Source: Mizuhopecten yessoensis (Eukaryota). Taken from it: 64,000 bases of DNA. The stretch is taken from positions 386,620 to 450,619 of the forward strand of contig NW_018480034.1 in the NCBI RefSeq assembly GCF_002113885.1, read 5' to 3'. Under the pieces are notes generated by a model. The model saw only the letters and a program-made list of their open reading frames with translations. It was not told the origin of the DNA and did no database searches. The position numbers and the translations under genes were made by a program. Below, one piece after another: positions 11,881-23,580 of this stretch (positions are counted from its first letter, which is position 1; the number at the start of each line of letters is the position of its first letter).

Positions 11881-14064
11881 CCTTATCTCACAGAGGTCAC
11901 AAATTCAGTGCAAGCCTTCTTACTGTCAGACAGTGTCATTATGAAGTCTTGCTATATATACATATACATTCGAAATAAATATAGGGTACTTTATACCAAT
12001 GCTCCCAAAGTGTGTCGATACAACCATCCCAGACGTGGATGGCCAAGTGGAATGTCCAACTGAAATTCTTACCAGAAATTTTATTCTCTCAGTCAGTTTG
12101 CGTCAATGTTACAGTTGAAAACCTTTTTCAAAAAGCTTACAATAGATTCGACAGAAGGAGGAATACAGCGAAAACATTACATACAGGAAGTTGTAAGCTA
12201 CACCAATCATTCATCAAGGCATGGGGTAACCATGGCAACCCTTGCAGCAAGCAATTAGCAGAGGGCGTGTGCACACTTAACATTGATAACTTTTTTCAGT
12301 CAGATTGTAAAAAAAAAAATCCAGAAACAATTTACTGACATACTCCAGATCTCAAATTGAAACCATTACGCTGGATGAGGAAACTTCTATCTCCTATATG
12401 TTCTCTATCAAAGTTTTTTTTTCTTCAGAATTGACCTCAATGGAATTACATGTCACCAGTGACAGGACACTAACAGATGGGTAACGTAGTGTTAGATACA
12501 GAATGCACAGACAATTTACACATGTCACGAAAAATCAAGGTCAGAATGCCAGATATTCAAGGTCAAAATGCCTAGCAACCTCATCCTTGTGTTGGAGTGT
12601 GGAAATTGGTGATATCGGTGTCAAGTGAAACAGCAGAGATCTGTAATTGGGTGAAGAGGGGGCTAATTTTAGGGAGGGGAAACAAACAATGAAAACAGTT
12701 GCTAGTCTACATGTTTGGATGATGTGCCACTGATTTAGCTCAAAATGAGTGACTCGCCAACTCCTACCCATCTGTCAGGGTGGCAGTCCTGTTCCTGGGT
12801 CTGTGAAGATACAGGCTGTCTGCGTCTGATCTACTGTAGAAAAAAGTGCATGCCAGTGTGCCATGCATGCATGTCGAGGGCCATTGTATTACTGCAGACG
12901 TTTCTTGATTTCAGACCTAGATCCTTGTCCCTTCTAAGGCCCAAGGTAGCTGGTGGCATGGTAGCAGGGTAGGGATAAGGATCCCAGATACATTAGAACA
13001 GTTATTTGGCAACAATAATTGTAGCTTCAACTCTGATAAGAAGAAAATGTCTTTGAGAAAATTATTAATATGTTTCTAATAATACCACATTAAAAAAATC
13101 CAGATTTTACATTGTGGTCAAATCCTAAATCTTTCAATATTTAAAAATAAAATATTTTAAACTGAGTAAGGAATTTATTCAATCATGAATTGAAACTTTC
13201 CTGGATGTTAGTCATAGGGATTAAGGTAGAATATTAGCATAAAAATTCCATATTTCAGTATCTTTTTGTCATTTACTCTTAACTATATTCAAGTACAATT
13301 TCTCACCACAAATATTCGAAAATCATATCTAAACTTCAAATCCTTCCTATTCATAAAAGCGTATATGACCAAAACTTCTGAAGTTATCAATTTCAAGAAA
13401 AGCTTTTTGCAAATCAGACCACAGGAAGTGTGTTCCAGCGGAGTCCTCTCCGATGGTACAAGAGCAAATGGGGTTACGCTACAAGAACTTTGCCTCACCT
13501 ACAGTTTTTCACTGTTGGAACACCAGACTGTACATTAATCCAAGCTGATAGCAACATTCTTGCACCATATGAAAATCGTCCGGCATAGTTTTTTCGGGGT
13601 GGGAGAACTTGTTGAACCTTTACGATAACTCATTTTCTTCAATCCTGTCTCCAGTACAAGCTAATCTCTGATAACATAGATATCCATTTCTTACTGATAT
13701 TGCGGAACACTTTGTTGATATAAAATGTACTAGTGAAGCATTAGGCCTGTTGTATAGGAATGTCAATTTGTTTTCATAATACACTACAATGTTCCATAAT
13801 AACATGTCAATTTGTTGATATAATGGGACATCAATAAACATCAATAATGCTGGCGTGGCAATGAAGCTATTTTCAAAGCACATATACCAATCTGTCGGTG
13901 AGATATTCAGACATTATCATACCCTGATGGACTTGCCATACAGACGCTCACATTCACTGATGAGAAATATTTGCTTTCCTTCAAAAACAATATTTTATCA
14001 TTACAATTTTTTATCTAAGATTCTTTGATACACAGCATGACCAGCAGGGTGAGATGTACTCAAA

Positions 14065-14344
14065 ACATACTGGTTCGTATAATATGACCCGCCTTAGCTT
14101 ATTATCATCTCATGTAGTTTACCTGTAGTAACAAGCCCAGGGTACCAAGGTCTGAACAGATAATGGGCTTATTCCTGAACATAGGAAGGACCAAGAGTTT
14201 CCAGACAGGTATTACCCTCGTATAGGAATCAGTTTAACAGGGGAATATGGGCTTATTACCAAGTTGGACATATCACTGGTAAAATCTGTTTAACGAAAGA
14301 TGAGCTTATTGCTGGACATGGGCTTATTCTTGGTAAATACAGTA
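14065..14344. mobile_element. MITE relic with internal GGGCTTATT repeats and a pogo/Tigger-like end
   Basis: Four (g/a)gcttatt motifs lie at 14165-14328 and the element ends in ggtaaatacagta. That end is nearly the reverse complement of taccgtatttacc at 42117. Confidence 0.6.
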
Positions 14345-15939
14345 GCTGGTGCACACCTTTCCTGAATTAAGTTTTAGATCGTGAAGATGTGATGTATTAA
14401 ACAGAATTACAAGGGCCACACAGCTCTCAGACAGAATTAAATTGTTGGCAAGGATCTGAAATGGACAGCTAGCTGCCTTCTGTATCAAACTATCTTTCCA
14501 TTTATGTAATTTTATAAAATGAAATAATATGAAAAAAGAAAGCTAGCTACAAAACTGAATTCATCATTTTCTCCTACATGCAATATCTGTAAATTTCCTT
14601 GAGGTCATGCACTATAATTTATATACAATCTTGATCATGAAGTCATGAACTGTATATTTTTAAGCACAGGAGCCTGGCATGACAAGGTCATGAATTGCTA
14701 TTTACATGAGGTCATTTAGGCAAGAACTGTAACTGCCCCGGAACAGGGTTACAATACACATGAGGTCATGAACTATTATTACCAAGAAGAGGTTCTGACA
14801 AATCTGAGTGATGACATTTTTGTACTTTTCATGAACTAACATATACTACTTCCCTTAGGGATGTAACAATTCTACCTGTACCTTTAACCCCCTCCCGCTG
14901 CACTTTTAACAACCCCCTCACTCTATAAATCTCCAAACAAAACAGAAATAAGAAAATATATACCATGAACACACATCTTCTACCCTATCATAAATACAGG
15001 CACTTTTATCATTGCCTCAGACATATATACAACCAGGTGTACTAATTGTAGGCTGTACCTGGACAGGAACTATCTGTATATCCTACCAGCCTTTTGACTG
15101 CTGAGATATATCCTCTTGGAAAACTGATGCAGTGCCAGCGATTCGGTCTGTTGTCTATTAGCACTTGTGTATATTGGCACTTGCTGACCACATAGATAAA
15201 CTGACCATTCCACTGGGCAGTACAATAGATAAACCATCCGCTCCATTATAAACACAGACAGGGACCATTCCGATCGTGCCACATTAATCCCTAGTTAGAA
15301 TTAATTGGTAAGGTAAACCTGTTTTGTTTTCCATTCAGTTGTGTCAACATGTCGGTCAATGTAACTTGTTGGAGGTGTCCATGGTTAACTATGCAATCTA
15401 CCATCCTTAGTGGTCAGCAGATCTGTCTGGACACTTGCAGTGGTCAACATAACGACCCCTATACCTACCAGACTGTCTCGTATCTTCATCAGACCTTCCC
15501 GTCACACCCGACTCCTTTCTAAATTATCGTAATGACACCTGTCTTCCTAAGACACACCTCATTTATAAACCACGAAGGTGTGTGGTCCCCAGCTAATTAA
15601 GTGATGAATATATTCGGAAGCGTTACACAAAACCGCTGTCTAAATACACCTTTGAAAACCATCAGTATATTGTCTATAAATAAAAATCACACAGATTGTC
15701 TTAGATCTCAACTGAAAAAAAAGTTATTTTACTTTTGATGATAAATAATTAAAGGACCACTGTCACCAGTTGACAGATGTCCTCGTCAATTCATTCCTGA
15801 TTTATTTTTGATTGATGGGATTAAGTGGTCTGCTGTAAGGTCCTCGCTTAAATCTGTATATGTTTTCTGTATTTCTACTTCTGAGCCTTATCTTTCCAAT
15901 GTGCATCTTGTTTAGATCTGTATTCAAGTTGTTTGATTA

Positions 15940-16060
15940 TAAAGATTTTATTTTTATTTTGTTCATCATTCTATCAACAGCTAATAGGTCATTTAAGGAC
16001 ATTTTATAAAAGATATAGTAAGTAAAATACCCAAAGAACCAACGTTAACCAACAAGTATT
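15940..16060 (-). mobile_element. Decayed SINE relic (same family as 33102-33330)
   Basis: cattctatcaacagctaataggtcatttaaggac matches the SINE tail region, and a T-rich tail precedes it. Confidence 0.45.
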
Positions 16061-16937
16061 AGAGACTTACGCATAACATAGTTTATCTTCTAGCTGGTCT
16101 CAATCATTTTGTTTGGTTGTAAATACTGCCGATAATCAGCTGGTAGATATTGCCATATGTCATTTAAGCTCGTAACACACAGAGCTTGAAGACTTTGGGT
16201 AAATCAAATCAGTCTATCATAATTGGTTTCTTTGTCACGGTAAGAGACACTGGTATATATATACAAACAGCGATATATCACAATCACTACACTATTCTTA
16301 CGGACTACAATGAAACGTAAGAAGAGGCCTTTGAGTATACTGTAATTCTATTTCATTGTAGCTCAAGGCCAATCCAACAGCTACCTCATATGACCTTGAG
16401 GATTCAGCTTTTGATAGCATTCTTTTAAATTGATTTAAAGCAAACATCATGATGGATTTCATTCCAAAGTTTTTGTATGAATTCTATGGATAGGGGTACC
16501 TATGAGTGATCAATTTAAATAAAGCCGACATACATCTTCCAACTTTCTGCCATTGTCAACCACGACCGTCTGCTCATGTCGTACAAATAAATCATTTTCT
16601 AGTTTACAATTTAACGGCCGACTGTGTGAAATACCTCCTGTCTGGAATATAAGAAAATATTGAAATCTAATTGAATTTATCCCCCTGAAATCAAATATAT
16701 AAGCCCCTATACCCATAATACCTAGCTGTTCACTATCCAGTGACTGCAATGCCCATTCACATGATTGGTGATTTACATGCCGAAATCCACGGGATATGGT
16801 AAATAAGGATGAATTGAGAAATAATAGAAACGTCTTTCCACGACATGAAAAGTTGACAAGAGTCATGCGTCTAGAAGGTAGATAAATACACACTATGTTT
16901 ATATGTCAACAATGGACTAGAAAATGATTCGAACTTC

Positions 16938-16988
16938 TGTACTAAACTGAGTATATGTACTATACTGAGTATATGTATCGTACTGAGT
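16938..16988. repeat. 18-bp tandem repeat, about 3 copies
   Basis: tgtactaaactgagtata / tgtactatactgagtata / tgtatcgtactgagt. Confidence 0.8.
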
Positions 16989-17701
16989 TGTTTTTGAGAA
17001 GCAGAAGGAGTAGAAAACGGACACATTTAAATACTCCAGTAAGGATTAAATGTATTCAGATATTACATAACTGAACAAATTAGGGGAGGAAAATTGAAGT
17101 TGATACAAAGTAAGCCCCTCCTCTCAAATCCCCGAAGGGTTAATGTCAATATTTGTCCATTTAACTCGACATTAAGCACCAACTTAATTGATTTCGAGTG
17201 TCACTACTCACTCATGATAGGCCTTACAAACAAAATTTGTTTACCCACATTTTCTTATTTACATAAATGTGTATCAATATGAGAAAGACTTTTTGGGCAA
17301 TTTTTGACAAGGAAATTAAAAAAAGTATTTATGTGTGGTTCATTTTTTGTTTCATTTCATAATGACACTTACAGATTGCATTGACTACTGACCATCCTTT
17401 ACCAACGAATGTAACATGATCAAGAAATAGGCACATTATTTAACACAACTTCATATTACTTTTATTCTTCTTCAAATTTTCTCATGAAAAGTCAGAAAAG
17501 ACCGTTTTGATTTAACAGCTGGACTGCAATGTTGGTCTGTAAATCCCAAATGCATCATGGCAACGTCAAAATAGTCATAGAATATTCTACGTCATCTCAT
17601 ACTGTGATGTCAGCCACTTTGACGAGTACAGTTGGGATTTTCCAAATAATATCACAGTTCTCCAGTCAAAGCGAAAATTTCTATTGGTTAGATGATATTG
17701 C

Positions 17702-17962
17702 GATTCAGTTGGTTTTACCACAGTTATACGAAATTACCACTATAAAATATGTATCATCAAGATTCAATGGGCCTTACCACAGTTTAGACAAAACTACCAC
17801 TATAAAATATGTATCATCATGATTCAATGGGTCTTACCACAGTTTATACGAAACTACCACTATAGAATATGAATCATCAAGATTCAATGGGCCTTACCAC
17901 AGTTTAGACAAAACTACCACTATAGAAAATGCATCATCACGATTTAATGGGTTTTACCAGTT
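17702..17962. repeat. 60-bp tandem repeat, about 4.3 copies with alternating dimer structure
   Basis: gattcaatgg starts at 17761, 17821 and 17881, with a variant at 17941. Units alternate tatacg and tagaca. Confidence 0.95.
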
Positions 17963-20621
17963 TATATTTTTTATGACTACACAAACTTCCACTGTACGTT
18001 TTAGTTCTGAGTGAAAGGCAGCCGAAAAACGATTGATTTCTACTTTGTCTGACGATACAGATTTCTACCAAAACAGTACATAAATCAAATCCACGATGAC
18101 ACATATATACATACAGACAGAAAACACCAATGCTACATATGTATTGGCTGACTTACATGAACTCTAGTACGAAACATGCAGGATCATTTGGTTCCAAAGG
18201 GTCTCCCGAGTATTTTCCTGAGTGAATGGAGACAAAACCTGAACCTGAAACTCGACAGCAACATCAGAGTGATAAAAGGCTCTCGAAAGATGGAGCCATA
18301 TTTGGAGCTAACAACTGCTGAAGAGAAGAATATGTAAATGAATTTAAAAAGCGTCAGAGATCATCCTGTGCTCAGACTTGGTAGCGCCAGTTGATTGAAG
18401 ATTCTCAACGAAGGGTGATGGAGAATCGAACTGAGAGAATTGGTATTGTGAATGAGACAGAAAAACAAAAGCCACTTTCATATGCCTTATCACAAGTGTT
18501 GCTTAGTAACTTTATATCACTAACACTGCCAATAAAAGGCTTAGGAGATTTATAGGTGCTACATTTGTCTGTGTAGTTAATTGAATCTATGTATGCAATA
18601 CAGCTACTGCCATCAACTAAAGTTTCCTCATTGTGATCCGATTTGTTTAATTCTTCTACAAACCCTCAGTGAAGACATCTTTTTAGCATACCTTGTAGCT
18701 GTATATATTATTATAGGGTTTGTATCAGGGAAATCGTTTTAGCGTCACACATACTAGATGTCTGTAATCTCAAAATCCAGTTCACATGAAAAAGTACATT
18801 TTAAATTTTTAACTCCGTCAAGACTTTAAGCACTAGCTTCACAATGCCCTAGCTGTGTATTGTTTACATTGTGATTCCATTGTCATTTAAGCTTAGAACT
18901 TCAATTTGAGCCTGACAATGGTTTTGATGAATACAGGGCAAATCAGAATTATATAAATAGCACAAAATTGATATAAAGGTAAAACGTATATATATAAATC
19001 ATTTCTAAATGGATTTATTTCCTCAAATTTACATCAGATATAGATTTTAATACTAAATTTGTAATTCAAATTTTCAGGAAAAGAACCCATACATCAAATT
19101 TCAAATAGGACTTATTTCTATCTTTCAACAAAACATGAATTGATATATATACAGTGTTATGATAAAAAGACGTTATATATATATATATATATGCAAAACA
19201 AACCATTATCAAGGAAACAACCTATCTTCTATAAAATAATCTTAATTTATTATGCAGTTTAGATAAACATTAAAATTCTGGTATGGAGATGCTCTATATA
19301 TACATCTGTAGCACAAGTAGTAAAGACATTTGCATCTGATAGGACTCGCAAGATAAACAAACTGCCATTTCAATATGACTGTAATGTCTGCGCTGCCATC
19401 TGCTGGGACAAGCGTACAGGTCTGTTGAGACATATAGGTATGTTTGTGAGTAGGGAAGGACATCCATGCATGGGGGTGTAAGTGACTATGATTACAAGAC
19501 AGTCAAAAGACAAGACATGTGTGATCCTATCGGAAAAACAGTAACCTTTTCATAAAACGAAACAAATTTAATTCTCCCCTCTACTCATTCATCGTAAAGC
19601 AAGGTCAGTCTAGACCGCATTTAATCAAATTCTTTACAAATTATGATAGCAGTCTTATAGTGAACAGTGATCTTTTTAAACTGTTGTTAACGTTTATAAT
19701 CACCGCTTCAAGTTTCTACAGACATCATAAAAGAAAAATATATATATCAGTACCGTATATATCCCGAAACAAACCCAGGGGCGTTCCTTCTTGAAAGATT
19801 GGAAACGGACGGAAAAGGGCACTGGGCCTGCTAAATTAGTAATAAAGTTTCATCCTATAAGCAAGAAATTAAAGACAATATTTTAAAAATTATGTACAAT
19901 AGGTTGGCTTTATAACAAGCATGGGCCTATCAGGGGTACACTACTTTATATATGACAGCTGGGAAGCATAAACAGTTACACACCAGGTAACTTATCTTTA
20001 GTTGAACGACACGTTTTCAATCAAGAAAAACATTTTTAAGTCCGTAAAAAATCAATATCAAGGCACGAAATTGCTGTTATAGATCATTACACAGCTTTTA
20101 TGAAACATCCATAAATTAGATCATAATATTGATAATTTAATATTTGAAAAAATACATCATTTTTTAAATCAATTTATAGAATGTCATTTGTAACCTACTT
20201 ACAAAATGTATTATGTTAATTATTCAACAGCTGTTACCAGCATCAACCGTGGTCATAACTTGTTAAGAAACTTACACAGCTTACAATATAAGGCCAAAAT
20301 ATAAATACAAAATAAACCAGTGTTGCTAGTTGTTTAGTTGGCATTTTCTATTCTCTGCCAACCTCCTGATGTAAATTGGTCACTTTTTGACAGGCAGTGA
20401 TAGCAGGGTCTAAAATTTCTAAAATTTAAAAAGTTGTTTAACTGTCTGCCTGTCTATATGTACCTGCCTACATGTTTTGGATTTTGTAATAAAAAATAAT
20501 TTTTCTTCTTAGGTTATATGCTACCTTAAATATCGTGTCTCAGATTTATTTGAAGCGTTATCTCCTTTCTACCAGACATTTGTGTAAGAGTTATCTCCCT
20601 TCAAAAACTTCAAAAGAAACC

Positions 20622-21045
20622 ACCTGTACACATTTATGTGACCTAATTCCTGCACTAGCTGTTCATGTGTGTGACCTTATTCCTACACCAGCTGTGCAAG
20701 TGTGTGTGACCTAATTATTCCTGCACCAGTTTTACACACATGTGTGGCCTAATTACTCCTGCACCAGTTTTACACACATGTGTGGCCTAATTTGTTCACA
20801 AGTTGTGAACACCAGTTACGCAAATGTGTGTGCGACTTATTTCCTTCACCAGCTGTACATGTACATGTGTGTGACCTTATTCCTTCACCAGGTGTCCATG
20901 TACATGTGTGTGACCTTATTCCTATACCAGCTGTACATATACATGTGTGTGACCTTATTAATATTCCTATACCAGCTGTACATATACATGTGTGTGACCT
21001 TATTCCTACCTTATACACTAGTTGTTCATGTACATGACCTAATCT
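20622..21045. repeat. Degenerate ~33-43-bp minisatellite (catgtgtgtgaccttattcctacaccagctgta)
   Basis: About 11 copies of tgtgtg(a/g)cct(t/a)att...accag. Confidence 0.93.
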
Positions 21046-21889
21046 ATTAGGCCACATGGTCATCTATCAGGATAAAAGCTCTATGTAATATTTATAATGC
21101 TGACAGTATAGACTGGTGTATGGGCCCCACTTATATGTAATAGGTTCCATTAGAGGTACACACTGACAGTATTGTGGTATATGGCCGGGGTCACACTTCT
21201 ATCACAGGTCAACACCATAAAAAACAGGTCAGGACTAATATATCCAAGCTATCAGAAACCAAATGCAAACTCACAAACCATCCCAAAACTGACCCACAAT
21301 GACCAAAGTTTCTGACAACCAGCTACAAACCTTGGACATATTTCTCATCATAAGCACAAACTCTTCAGAACGGGACAGGTTTTTGTTCGATCGGAACATT
21401 GTGGATTCAGATTTAAGCAGATCTACAGAGAAGACCAAATGTCAATGATGATGATAATTCTGGCATGATAGGTAATAATTACTGTACTCATGGGCAAAAT
21501 TCCTGTTGGTTTGGACATGATTTTAAAAGAAAAGTATCACATTCATTTATGCTCATGAGCACTAACTTAAGGTCTGCAGACCAGGACTGGTCTCTGGAAG
21601 GCTGTATTGCTCCAGCATTCACCGAACAGTAAAATGGACCAATGAGATGTAAGGACATTAAGGTTATAACACTACTACCAAGATACACAGGCACATGAGC
21701 TAATATACACCATATCTGTTGATCTTTGAACACTTTTTCCCAAAAATCTTTCTCATCAAAAGACCTGATCATGACGGTCTGCAATAACAATTTACTGTGC
21801 ACCAGACCTTGACCATACACTTACGCCACCTTTGAAGTAAAATTATTATGAAAATTTGTTTATAAATTTTTATACAATTTTCTACACTA

Positions 21890-22550
21890 GACTTAGTCTA
21901 TTTTCTCCTTGCCTAATGATTCAGTTTATTTATCCCCTGCTTCATGATTAAGTCTGTCTCCTTCTCCATGATTAAATTCATCTGCCCTCTGTGCAAATTT
22001 AAGTCTATTTTTCCCCTGTTCACATGGTTGAGCTTAACTGCCCCTCTAGATCTGCCCAAAGGTTTATTCTATTCTCCCCCTGCCCCATGGTTTAGTTTAT
22101 TTCCCCCCTGTCCCATGGTTTAGGTTATACTATATGCCCCCCTGTCCCATTGTTTAGTCTATATCCCCCCTACCACCACAGTTTAACTTAGCTTCCCCTC
22201 TGCCCCACAGTTTAGTCTATTTTCCCCCTGTCTCATGGTTTAGCTTATATTATATGCCCCCCTGCCCCATTGTTTAGTCTATATCCCCCTACCACCACAG
22301 TTTAACTTAGCTTCCCCTCTGCCCCATGGTTTAGTCTATTTCCCCCCTGTGCCATGGTTTAGGTTATACTATATGCCCCCCTGCCCCCATGGTTTAGGTT
22401 ATACTATATGCCCCCCTGCCCCATTGTTTAGTCTATATCCCCCCTACCACCACAGTTTAACTTAGCTTCCCCTCTGCCCCACGGTTTAGTCTTNGTCTAT
22501 TTTCCACTGAACCCCATGCTGTAGTCTATTTTTCCCCTTTGCCCATGATA
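21890..22550. repeat. C-run-rich ~28-34-bp minisatellite with a 120-bp tetrameric core; contains an assembly N at 22494
   Basis: Units of the form ccccctgccccatggtttagtctatt. The blocks starting at 22081, 22201 and 22320 are near-identical. Confidence 0.95.
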
Positions 22551-23409
22551 CTTTACCGTTGAGTAAGTACCTGCTGTCTATGTTTAAAGTTTATGGACAT
22601 CTGTCAAACATGTGAAGGAAACTGAGATAAAATATCTTCTTTCCTTCCATTCCATAAATTACGTCTTGACTTCAATTGACAAACAACACTTAAAACAACT
22701 GATACCATCGCCAAACATGTTTATGATCAGCGAAGGCTGCTACAACCTGGCAGCCATGTTGTGTTACCGTGGAGATCTTCTTACCTTTTGTGACGATAAT
22801 TACCTTTGTACCGAACAACATAATAATTATCGAAGTCATTTAAATGACACAGTAACAAATTGGGGAGAAAACTGTTGATTTTGTACAGAGATAAGATGAT
22901 TTGTACAGGTATAGAATCTCAACTCTTGATAAACACGTGAGATAACACCTTTACATTCTGAACAAGAAAGCGAAAACATCTTACAAGCTCGCATCTGATC
23001 ATATTCATGAATGTATCAATTCTTACGTAAACTCTTTGAACTTTTTTTCTCCTCTAAATATCCAAGTGAAATTCAATATGGTGAAAAGTACATCAAGTAC
23101 GTAGACACATTTTTCTTTGTCAAAACATGAGACATTAAAACCTTCACTACATACACATCAAATGGAGGTATATTGTTACTGTATACATATTGTAATCATA
23201 ATTATAAGTGAAGTTTCAGATGTCACTGTGAATTCCTGAAGAAGGAACTAACATTTTTTACCTCAGTATCAACAACCAGCCTTAGGTGACACAAATTATA
23301 ATGGCAAATAACTCATTTGATAAATAACACCTCTGCGATAAAAGTGTAGTAGTCTGTAGCCAAGGGGTAAATAATTTCCTAAGCTTTCAAGGTATGACCC
23401 GAATCTGTT

Positions 23410-23580
23410 AGACATGGGTTGGGCGTATTATGAAGCATGACATATCAATGGCAAATCTGATAAAAAGGGATGGGCTTATTACTGACCATGGGCTTATTAA
23501 TGAGCATTGATTAATTACTGGAAAAATAAAATTCAACAAGGGGTGGGCTTATTAATGAGCATGGACTTATCAATGTTAAA
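23410..23580. mobile_element. GGGCTTATT-family MITE internal relic
   Basis: gggcttatt occurs three times, with gggcgtatt and ggacttatc variants and spacing similar to 14240-14330. Confidence 0.55.

Noticed and set aside
20742-21063. His/Cys-rich ORFs
   Set aside because: They are translations of a TG-rich minisatellite.
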